A DNA stretch of 64,000 nucleotides from an uncultured Gemmatimonadales bacterium (GTDB lineage Bacteria > Gemmatimonadota > Gemmatimonadetes > Longimicrobiales > Longimicrobiaceae): contig OY970303.1 of the NCBI GenBank assembly GCA_963716255.1, positions 6,624,001 to 6,688,000 on the forward strand. The letters are read 5' to 3'. The notes under the pieces are model-generated. The model did no database searches. It saw only the letters and a list, made by a program, of their open reading frames with translations, and was not told where the DNA came from. This document shows positions 1 through 8,080 of the stretch, piece by piece; the stretch's first letter is position 1; each line of letters starts with the position of its first letter. Position numbers and translations under genes: made by a program.

Positions 1-436
1 CGCCGACCCCGTCCACCGTCAGGAGAGCCGCTTCCGGGTATCCGGAAAAGAAGAACGCGCTGGCGGCGTGGGAGAGGTGATGCTCGACGAATTCGACAGG
101 GCCATCATAGCCGAGCGACTGCTTGATGTCCGCCTCGGCTCGACCCGGATCGATCCGGAAGCGCCGCCGGGGATCCGTGAGGACGTCCGGCAGGCCGGCC
201 CAGAGCTGTCGGGCGGCCTTCTTCACCGGGTTCTCGTAGTACGCGACGCAGGTGATGTCATCGATCGTGACGCGTGCCTCGCCGAGGCAGTAGCGAAATG
301 CCCGCGCCGGGATGCCGGCGTCGTGCTTGATCCTCGTGAACCGCTCCTCCTCCGCCGCGGCGACGAGGACTCCGTCCCTGATGAGGCAGCACGCCGAGTC
401 ATGGTAGTGCGCAGATATTCCGACGATGACGCTCAT
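1..436 (-). CDS. O-carbamoyltransferase, NodU/CmcH family (N-terminal part; runs off the left edge)
   Basis: Manual translation of the minus strand from ATG at 436: MSVIVGISAHYHDSACCLIRDGVLVAAAEEERFTRIKHD...VAYYENP...FVEHHLSHAASAFFFSGYPEAALLTVDGVG. HDS, EEERFxRxKH, HHxSHAASAF and TVDGVG are characteristic family motifs. It has no stop codon inside the window and is absent from the ORF track. Confidence 0.93.
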   Translation of the reverse strand, partial: MSVIVGISAHYHDSACCLIRDGVLVAAAEEERFTRIKHDAGIPARAFRYCLGEARVTIDDITCVAYYENPVKKAARQLWAGLPDVLTDPRRRFRIDPGRAEADIKQSLGYDGPVEFVEHHLSHAASAFFFSGYPEAALLTVDGVG

Positions 437-677
437 ACGCAGAATCCCGGGCCGGTGGAGTCTGCCGACCGAAAGCGACGGTGGCCGGTGGAGACGACGG
501 AGTGTGCCGCGGAAGGCGGTGCCGCGGGCAAGCGGGGGTCCGCCGCCCGAGCCCGGAGGGATGAAGAGGACGGCGCTATCACCGGTGCACGCGCTCTCGA
601 GCTGCTCCGAGTCGTGGCGGTGACACCCGGGGCCCTTCCGGGCCTCAGGAGATCAACTTTTGGTTCACTGTGACCGA

Positions 678-706
678 ATGATTGTGGCCTGCCGGTAAAG
701 TGTCAA
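678..706 (-). promoter_or_regulatory. Putative sigma70 promoter for the carbamoyltransferase
   Basis: Minus strand TTGACA (706-701), 17 bp spacer, AATCAT (683-678), within an AT-rich intergenic patch of a very GC-rich sequence. Confidence 0.45.
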
Positions 707-755
707 TCTTCTTGTACGCGCGTATTCTGAAACTTTTGGTGAAAAAACGGGACCA

Positions 756-784
756 TTGACGCGGATGTGAGAAACGCGGATACT
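756..784 (+). promoter_or_regulatory. Putative sigma70 promoter for the glycosylase-PKS-NRPS operon
   Basis: TTGACG (756-761), 17 bp spacer, GATACT (779-784). Confidence 0.4.
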
Positions 785-971
785 GTTCTCGGACGGGTCC
801 ATCGAGGTGCCGGCCCTCGGGAACAGGTGTGCATCCGCTTTCGGTCAGAGATCGGTACTCGCCCCCAATATCGGAGTGCCGCGGTAGGCGTGCTCGTACC
901 TGGCTGGCCGCGCAGGCTTCACGGTCCAGTCGTCGGGGCGCGGGTTTCACCTTCGGCCTCCTGTTGACCGA

Positions 972-2225
972 TTGAGAACAGGAACTCCATCTGGTGGGAG
1001 ACTCGGCAGCGGCTGCCCTCGCCACCCTGGCCGGCGGCAGTCCCAATCCGCGGCGACGGACAAACCGGTGGCATCTCCGATCCCCGGGAAGAATACGCCC
1101 ACCGTGACCAGTTCTGGTTCCCGGCGGTTGCGGGCTCACGCGATCGCCTGGTCTCTCTTCCGTCCGACCACGCTGGAAGCCGCGATCGACCGTCTGGGGT
1201 TCGTACAGGCGGATCCCATCCGATCGCCCGCGAGGGCTCAGGACCTCATTCTGCGCCACAGGGTGTCCGCCTATCGCGCCGGCGACCTCGAGCGGCGGTA
1301 TCCCTCGCTCGAGGTCGAGGAGGGTCTGCTCTACGCATATGGCTTTCTCCCCAGCCGGGCGTGGCGGATCCTGCATCCCGGGGGCACGGCTGGCCTGTCC
1401 GAGCTCGAGGTCCGGGTCCTCGCCGCGGTTCGCCGCCACGGCGCGATGCACCCCGGAGAAATGGGAGCACACTTCGGGAGTGAACGGGTCGTCAACTCCT
1501 GGGGAGGCCGCTCGAAAGCCACCAAGGTCGCGCTCGAACGACTGCACTACCACGGACTTCTCAGGATCGCCCGGCGCGAGAACGGAATCCGGATCTACGA
1601 GGTGGCCCCGTCGCCCGTCGAAGCCCTGCCGCCCACGGAGCGCTTTGCCGAGCTGGTGCTCATGCTCGCCGGCGTCCTGGCTCCGGTCTCGGAGAAGACT
1701 CTCCAGGCGGTCGCCGCCCGCCTCCGGCGCCTGGTGCCCGGCGTCGGGGACCACCGGACGGTGTTGCGCCGTCTCCTGAAGACGGGCGAGCTGGAAAGCC
1801 AGGCGACGGACGGCTTCACGTACCTCTGGCCGGCGCCCGGGATCGTGCACGAGGAGGCACCACGGCGCGTGCGGTTCCTCGCTCCATTCGATCCGCTGGT
1901 GTGGGATCGCCGGCGATTCGAGCACTTGTGGCGCTGGTCCTACCGCTTCGAGGCCTACACACCTCCTGCCAGGCGCCTCCGCGGGTACTACTCGATGCCG
2001 CTGCTCTGGGGCGACTCCATCATCGGCTGGGCGAACGCGAGCGTGACCGGAAGCGGTCTGGGCGTCGAGCTCGGCTTCGTCGACCGGCGCCCCGGCGACC
2101 CCGAGTTCCACCGGGAAGTGGAGGCGGAGGTCGCGCGCATGGAAGTTTTTCTCGATCGGGACGGCACCGGGTCGACCGAAAGCCACGGCCCGCCCGCGGG
2201 CCAATCCGAGGAGCCGACGAGATGA
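972..2225 (+). CDS. ycaQ: YcaQ/AlkZ-family (HTH_42) DNA crosslink/adduct glycosylase; true start probably downstream (e.g. GTG at 1104)
   Basis: FVQADPIRSPARAQDLILRHRV (QxD catalytic motif) and the C-terminal LAPFDPLVWDRRRFEHLW..YRFEAYTP..RRxxGYYSMPLLWGD block typical of the family. Confidence 0.88.
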   Translation: MRTGTPSGGRLGSGCPRHPGRRQSQSAATDKPVASPIPGKNTPTVTSSGSRRLRAHAIAWSLFRPTTLEAAIDRLGFVQADPIRSPARAQDLILRHRVSAYRAGDLERRYPSLEVEEGLLYAYGFLPSRAWRILHPGGTAGLSELEVRVLAAVRRHGAMHPGEMGAHFGSERVVNSWGGRSKATKVALERLHYHGLLRIARRENGIRIYEVAPSPVEALPPTERFAELVLMLAGVLAPVSEKTLQAVAARLRRLVPGVGDHRTVLRRLLKTGELESQATDGFTYLWPAPGIVHEEAPRRVRFLAPFDPLVWDRRRFEHLWRWSYRFEAYTPPARRLRGYYSMPLLWGDSIIGWANASVTGSGLGVELGFVDRRPGDPEFHREVEAEVARMEVFLDRDGTGSTESHGPPAGQSEEPTR

Positions 2226-5200
2226 TCCTACCCGAGGGGGCCGACGACCCCGTTCAGGGAATTGCCATCGTGGGCATGGCTTGCCGCTTTCCCGGCAGCG
2301 CCGATGTCGACGAGTTCTGGCGAGCGTTGCGGGCGGGAAAGGAGGCGGTGACCTTCTTCTCGGAGGAGGAGCTGAGGTCAGCGGGTGTGGATCCCGCCCT
2401 CCTGGAGAATCCCCATTACGTGCGAGCCAAGGGCGTACTGGCAGGCGTCGATCTGTTCGACGCCGAATTCTTTGGTTTCAGTCCCAGGGAGGCCGAGCTG
2501 ACCGATCCACAGCAGCGGCTCTTCCTGGAGTGTGCCTGGACCGCGCTGGAAGATGCAGGTCACGATCCGGCTTCATACCCCGGGACCATCGGCGTGTACG
2601 CAGGCGCGGGCTGGACGAGCTACCTGCTGTTCAACCTCGCCACCCAGAGCGGCCTGCTCGAGTCAGATGCCGGGCACCAGACGTTGCTGGGGAACGACAA
2701 GGACAACCTGACGACCCGGGTCTCGTACAAGCTCGACCTCCACGGCCCGAGCGTCGCCGTCCAGACGGGTTGCTCCACCTCCCTCGTCGCCACCGCCCTC
2801 GCCTGCCAGAGCCTGCTGAGCTATCACTGCGACGTCGCGCTGGCAGGCGGCGTATCGGTCACGGTTCCCCAGACGGGATACCTGCATCGAGCGGGGGGAA
2901 TCCTCTCTCCGGACGGGCATTGCCGGGCATTCGACGCCCGGGCGCAGGGTACCGTGATCGGCAGCGGAGCCGGGGTCGTGGTCCTGAAGCGCCTGGAAGA
3001 AGCCATCGCCGAGGGCGATCACATCTACGCGGTCATCAAGGCCACGGCCATCAACAACGACGGTGCGCTGAAGGCCGGATACACCGCCCCCAGCGTGGAA
3101 GGACAGACGAAGTGCATCGTGGAGGCCCACGCGCTGGCGGGTGTCTCCCCCGGGAGCATCACCTACGTGGAGGCCCACGGAACCGGCACCGCCCTGGGAG
3201 ATCCCATTGAGGTCGCGGCGCTGACCCGGGCGTTCCGCGAGGGCACCTCCGCCAACGGCTTCTGCGCGCTCGGCTCCGTGAAGACGAACCTCGGCCACCT
3301 GGACGCCGCCGCCGGCGTGGCCGGGCTGATCAAGACCGCGCTCGCGCTCCAGCACCGGGAAATCCCGCCCAGCCTCCACTTCGAGAGCCCCAACCCGCAG
3401 ATCGACTTCGCCGGCGGCCCCTTCTACGTGCGCGCCACCCTCGCTCCCTGGGAGACGGGCGGCACGCCCCGGCGGGCGGGGGTAAGCTCCTTCGGCTTGG
3501 GCGGGACCAACGCGCACGCCGTCCTGGAGGAAGCGCCGGCCCCCGCGCCCTCCCGGCACGACGGGTCGCCGCAGCTGCTGATCCTCTCCGCCAGGACAGA
3601 GGAGGCGCTGGAGAGCGCCACGACGCGCCTGGCTCGCCACCTCCGGGAGCACCCGGAGCTGGAGCTGGCCGATGTCGCCCACACGCTGCGGGTAGGACGC
3701 AAAGGGTTCGCCCATCGGCGATTCCTCATCTGCCGGGACACCGGGGAAGCGGTACGCGCGCTGGAGGAACGAGATCCGGGGTGCGTCTCATCCCACGTGC
3801 CGGATACGGGGGATCGCCCAGTCGCGTTCATGTTCACCGGGCAGGGGGCGCAGTACGTGGACATGGCGCGGGAGCTGTACGATGGCGAGCCAGCGTTCCG
3901 CGGCCCCGTGGACCACTGCCTCGGCCTCCTGGCTTCGCGGCACGGGATCGACCTGCGTCCGCTGCTGTACCCCGCCGACGAGCACCGGGAGGACGCGGCG
4001 AGACAGCTGGCGGAGACCGGGAACGCACAGCCCGCGCTGTTCGTGGTGGAGTACGCCCTCGCCCGGATGTGGACGTCTTGGGGGATTGCGATGCACGCGG
4101 CGATCGGCCACAGCATCGGCGAGTACGTCGCCGCGACGCTGGCGGGCGTGCTGGCGCTGGAGGACGCCCTCGCGCTGGTGGCGCTGCGCGGCCGGCTCAT
4201 GCAGGGACTCCCTCGCGGAGCCATGCTGGCGGTCCCGCTCTCCGCCGGTGAGGTGGCGCCGCTGCTCGGGCCGAATCTATCCCTGGCGGCGATCAACCAG
4301 CCATCCTCCTGCGTCGTCTCCGGCCCCCCAGACGCCATCGCCGCGATGCGGCGGGAGCTGGAGGCCCGCGAGGTGGAGTGCCAGCCGCTCCACACGTCGC
4401 ACGCGTTCCACTCGCACATGATGGATCCGATGCTGGCGCCGTTCCGGGAGCGGCTCCGGCAGCTCCGGCTGCGACCACCGCGGGTCCCGTACGTTTCCAA
4501 CCTCACCGGCACCTGGATCACCGTCGCTGAAGCGACGGACCCGGAGTACTGGGTCCGGCACGTCCGCGAGCCGGTCCGCTTCGCCGACGGGCTGCGGACA
4601 CTGCTGGCCGCGGACGGTCCCGTCCTGCTCGAAGTGGGGCCGGGCCGCACGCTGACCCGCTTCGCCCAGCGGCATCCCGACCGCGGACCGGAGCAACTCG
4701 TCGTCGCCAGCCTCCGCCACCCCCACGACGAATCGTCCGACCTGGCCTTCCTCCGGGATACGTTGGGCCGGCTCTGGCTGTCCGGCGTCCGGGTGGACTG
4801 GCCGGCGGTCTCCCGGGACCGGCGCCACCGCCGGGTCCGCCTGCCCACCTATCCGTTCGAACGGCAGCGCTACTGGATCGAGCCGCCCGGCCGGAGCCTC
4901 CCGGGCGGGCCGCCTCGAGCCTCGCCGGCCCCGGAGGAGATCTGGGATGCGCTCGTAGCGGCCGCGGAGGAGGAGGCGAATGCGGTCGTCGGTGCGTTCG
5001 ACCTGCAGGAGCACCTGAATAAGCGGCGATCCCTGGACGACCTCTGCGTCGCTCAGGCCAACCTCGCCCTGCGGCGGCTGGGCGCCTTCCAGGAGCCGGC
5101 GGACAGCTACACGCCGGACGCGCTGGCGCGGAGCTGCGGCATCGATTCACGCTTTTCACAGCTGTTCTCGCGGATGCTGGCGACGCTCTCGGAGCATGGC

Positions 5201-8038
5201 CACCTGCGGCACGAGGGCGGGTCGCGGACTGGCCTTCTCCCCTGCACGCCGGAGACGGTCCGGCACCTGGCCGGGGAGGCCCGGCGGAGGTGGGCGAATG
5301 CACCCGAGGTGATCGAGCTGGTGGAGAGTTGCGGGGAGGCTCTGCCCGCGGTCCTGCGGGGCGAGCAGGACCCACTGGAGCTGTTCTCGCCGGTGCTGGA
5401 GCGAGAGACTTCGCCTTCCCGCTCGGAGCCGTCGCTCGAGCCCAGCTACAACAGTGTCCTCCGCCGCGGGGTGGAGGCAGTCCTGAAGCGGCTTCCCGGG
5501 ACTGCGGCCCTGCGGATCCTGGAGATCGGGGGCGGGACGGGCATCGCAACGGCGGCGCTGCTGCCGGTACTGCCCCCCGAGCGCACGCGCTACACGTTCA
5601 CCGACGTGGGAAAGTCCTTTCTGGCCCGGGCCAGACAGAGGTTCGCCGCGTACCCGTTCATCGGCTACGGCATTCTCGACGTCGAGCAGCCGCCGCAGGA
5701 GCAGGGCTATCCCGCGCACGGCTACGACGTGGTCGTCGCCGTCAACATGCTCCACGTGACCCGGAACATGGGCGAGACGCTCGAGCACGTCCGTTCGCTC
5801 CTGGCGCCCGGCGGGCTGCTGCTGATCTGGGAGATCACGCGGCCCACGCCCGACTTCGACGTCACCTACGGGTTGCTGATGAACCCGGTGGAGGATGGCA
5901 AGCGCAGCCAGAGCAACCCTTTCCTGTCCGGCAGCGAGTGGGTGGACGCGCTCCGTGCCCACGGCTTCGCCCGGGTCGCGATCCTTCCCGACAATTCCCT
6001 GCTGGAGCACCAGATCCTGGCCGCCCAGGCCACGAACGAAGCGCCCCTCTCGTCCCGGTCCGCGCTGACGCCGGCGTTCGGCAGCGTCGCCGCCTCACCG
6101 GAAGGCGCGCCCGGGCCCCGGTCGCCGCTCGCGAAGAAGGGCGACGTCGGAGAATGGTTCCACGTTCCCTCGTGGAAGCGCTCCAGCCGGCCATTGCCGG
6201 CGGAGCCCGCCGGCCCCCCGGCGGGACCCTGGCTGATCTTCGCCGACCGGTGTGGCCTGGGCGAGGATCTCGCCGGGCGGCTCGTGCTGCGGGGACAGGA
6301 CGTCCTGACCGTGCAGGCGGGCAACGGGTTCCGGGACGAGGGGGAGCGCTCGTTCACGATCGATCCCGCGCGGCCCGCCGATTATGCCGCGCTGCTGGAG
6401 GAGCTGCGCGCTCAGGGCAGGTTGCCGTCGAAGGTGGTGCACCTGTGGGCCGTCACGCCCGACCACCCCCCCGGGGCCAACGGCGAGATCCCCGGGGAGC
6501 CGGGGTTCGCGGAGCTTCACGGCCTCATCTTCCTGGCCCAGGCGCTGGGCGAGCAGAACGCCATCGGGTCGCTGGAGATCACGGTGGTCTCCAGCCACCT
6601 GCAGGAGGTGACGGGTGAAGAGACCATCCTCCCGGAGAAGGCGCTGCTGCTGGGGCCCTGCCGGGTGATTCCCCTGGAGTACCCACACGTCCACTGCCGG
6701 AGCGTGGACGTCGTGTACTCCGGTACCCGGAGGGACGAGCGCGTGGTGGAGCAGCTGCTGGACGAGGTGCTCGCCGGCTTTCCGGACCCGGTCGTCGCGT
6801 ACCGGGGCCCGCACCGCTGGGTGCAGACCATCGAGCCGGTGCGGCTGGAACGGCCCGCCGGAGTGCCGTCCGTGCTGAAGAGGAACGGGGTCTACCTGAT
6901 CACCGGGGGGCTGGGGAAGATCGGGCTCACGGTCGCCGAGTACCTGGCGAAAACCGTGGCCGCGAAGCTGATCCTGACGGGCCGCACGGGGTTCCCGCCG
7001 CCGGACGAGTGGGAGCGGTGGCTGGCTCTCGACGGAGAGGAGGGCGAGCGCGGCCGCACCCTGCGCAAGCTGCGCGAGCTCGAGGCGCTCGGCTCCGAAG
7101 TCCTGGTGATGAGCGCCGACGTCGCGGACCTGGAGCAGATGCGGGCGGCGGTGGTCGGCGCCCGGGAGCGGTTCGGGCCCATCGACGGGGTGGTTCACTC
7201 GGCGGGACTCCTCGGGGACGGTGCCATCCAGACCAAGACGCCGGAGCAGGTGGAAGAGATCCTGCGCCCCAAGGTGACGGGCACGTTCGTCCTCGACGCG
7301 GTCTTCAGGGATACGCCGCTGGACTTCCTGGTCCTGTTTTCGTCGAACTCCGCGGTGAAGCCCGGTTTCGGCCAGGTCGCCTACTCGGCGGCCAACAACT
7401 TCCTCGATGCCTTCGCCTGCGGCGCTGCGGCGCGCGGCCGCCGGAGGGTGTCGTGCCTCAGCTGGGACGTCTGGAAGGGGGAAGGGATGGCTTATGACGC
7501 AACGGCCCCCCTGGCGCTGCGCCGGCTCAAGGAAGCGGACTTCAACCAGCGCGGCATACTTCCCCACGAGGGCGTCGAGGTGTTCAGCCGTGTCCTCGGA
7601 AGCATGCTCCCGCACGTCCTGGTTTCCACCTCGGACTACCTGAGGTCGGCCGACCTCGACCTTCCGCGGCTGTACCTGGACAAGGTGGAAGAGGCTCCGC
7701 TGCCCGCTTCGCGGCACGTACGGCCCAGGCTGAGCAACGCCTACGTCGCTCCGGGGAGCGAGACCGAGGAGACGCTGACCCGCATCTGGCAGGACCTCCT
7801 GGGGATCGACGCGATCGGCGTCGAGGACGACTTCTTCAATCTGGGTGGAGATTCCCTGATCGGCACGCAGCTCATCACCCGAGTCAAGGCCGGCTTCGGC
7901 GTGAAGCTGCCGATGAAGAGCGTCTACCTCCACCGCACCATCCGTAGCGTATCGACCGTGATCGAGGACGCGCTCGTGTCCCAGGCGAGCCCGGAGAAGC
8001 TCGGCGAGGTGCTGAAGCAGCTGGAAGGGCTCGAGTAG
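2222..8038 (+). CDS. Type I PKS module KS-AT-C-methyltransferase-KR-ACP
   Basis: Start at ATG 2222 (MILPEGADDPVQGIAIVGMACRFPG), overlapping the upstream stop. KS: VQTGCSTSL, HGTGT, NLGHL. AT: GHSIGEY and HAFH (malonyl type). MT: ILEIGGGTG. KR: GGLGKIG and YSAAN. ACP: GGDSL. Confidence 0.95.
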   Translation: MILPEGADDPVQGIAIVGMACRFPGSADVDEFWRALRAGKEAVTFFSEEELRSAGVDPALLENPHYVRAKGVLAGVDLFDAEFFGFSPREAELTDPQQRLFLECAWTALEDAGHDPASYPGTIGVYAGAGWTSYLLFNLATQSGLLESDAGHQTLLGNDKDNLTTRVSYKLDLHGPSVAVQTGCSTSLVATALACQSLLSYHCDVALAGGVSVTVPQTGYLHRAGGILSPDGHCRAFDARAQGTVIGSGAGVVVLKRLEEAIAEGDHIYAVIKATAINNDGALKAGYTAPSVEGQTKCIVEAHALAGVSPGSITYVEAHGTGTALGDPIEVAALTRAFREGTSANGFCALGSVKTNLGHLDAAAGVAGLIKTALALQHREIPPSLHFESPNPQIDFAGGPFYVRATLAPWETGGTPRRAGVSSFGLGGTNAHAVLEEAPAPAPSRHDGSPQLLILSARTEEALESATTRLARHLREHPELELADVAHTLRVGRKGFAHRRFLICRDTGEAVRALEERDPGCVSSHVPDTGDRPVAFMFTGQGAQYVDMARELYDGEPAFRGPVDHCLGLLASRHGIDLRPLLYPADEHREDAARQLAETGNAQPALFVVEYALARMWTSWGIAMHAAIGHSIGEYVAATLAGVLALEDALALVALRGRLMQGLPRGAMLAVPLSAGEVAPLLGPNLSLAAINQPSSCVVSGPPDAIAAMRRELEAREVECQPLHTSHAFHSHMMDPMLAPFRERLRQLRLRPPRVPYVSNLTGTWITVAEATDPEYWVRHVREPVRFADGLRTLLAADGPVLLEVGPGRTLTRFAQRHPDRGPEQLVVASLRHPHDESSDLAFLRDTLGRLWLSGVRVDWPAVSRDRRHRRVRLPTYPFERQRYWIEPPGRSLPGGPPRASPAPEEIWDALVAAAEEEANAVVGAFDLQEHLNKRRSLDDLCVAQANLALRRLGAFQEPADSYTPDALARSCGIDSRFSQLFSRMLATLSEHGHLRHEGGSRTGLLPCTPETVRHLAGEARRRWANAPEVIELVESCGEALPAVLRGEQDPLELFSPVLERETSPSRSEPSLEPSYNSVLRRGVEAVLKRLPGTAALRILEIGGGTGIATAALLPVLPPERTRYTFTDVGKSFLARARQRFAAYPFIGYGILDVEQPPQEQGYPAHGYDVVVAVNMLHVTRNMGETLEHVRSLLAPGGLLLIWEITRPTPDFDVTYGLLMNPVEDGKRSQSNPFLSGSEWVDALRAHGFARVAILPDNSLLEHQILAAQATNEAPLSSRSALTPAFGSVAASPEGAPGPRSPLAKKGDVGEWFHVPSWKRSSRPLPAEPAGPPAGPWLIFADRCGLGEDLAGRLVLRGQDVLTVQAGNGFRDEGERSFTIDPARPADYAALLEELRAQGRLPSKVVHLWAVTPDHPPGANGEIPGEPGFAELHGLIFLAQALGEQNAIGSLEITVVSSHLQEVTGEETILPEKALLLGPCRVIPLEYPHVHCRSVDVVYSGTRRDERVVEQLLDEVLAGFPDPVVAYRGPHRWVQTIEPVRLERPAGVPSVLKRNGVYLITGGLGKIGLTVAEYLAKTVAAKLILTGRTGFPPPDEWERWLALDGEEGERGRTLRKLRELEALGSEVLVMSADVADLEQMRAAVVGARERFGPIDGVVHSAGLLGDGAIQTKTPEQVEEILRPKVTGTFVLDAVFRDTPLDFLVLFSSNSAVKPGFGQVAYSAANNFLDAFACGAAARGRRRVSCLSWDVWKGEGMAYDATAPLALRRLKEADFNQRGILPHEGVEVFSRVLGSMLPHVLVSTSDYLRSADLDLPRLYLDKVEEAPLPASRHVRPRLSNAYVAPGSETEETLTRIWQDLLGIDAIGVEDDFFNLGGDSLIGTQLITRVKAGFGVKLPMKSVYLHRTIRSVSTVIEDALVSQASPEKLGEVLKQLEGLE

Positions 8039-8080
8039 GCGGCTGGCAGGATCACCGTTCAGCGAACAGGGAGCGATTGC

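Noticed and set aside
68..673. 201 aa plus-strand ORF
   Set aside because: Antisense shadow of the carbamoyltransferase; no motifs.
1901..2221. N-terminal extension of the PKS in the ORF track
   Set aside because: Overlaps the glycosylase and is Arg-rich noise; KS homology begins just after ATG 2222.
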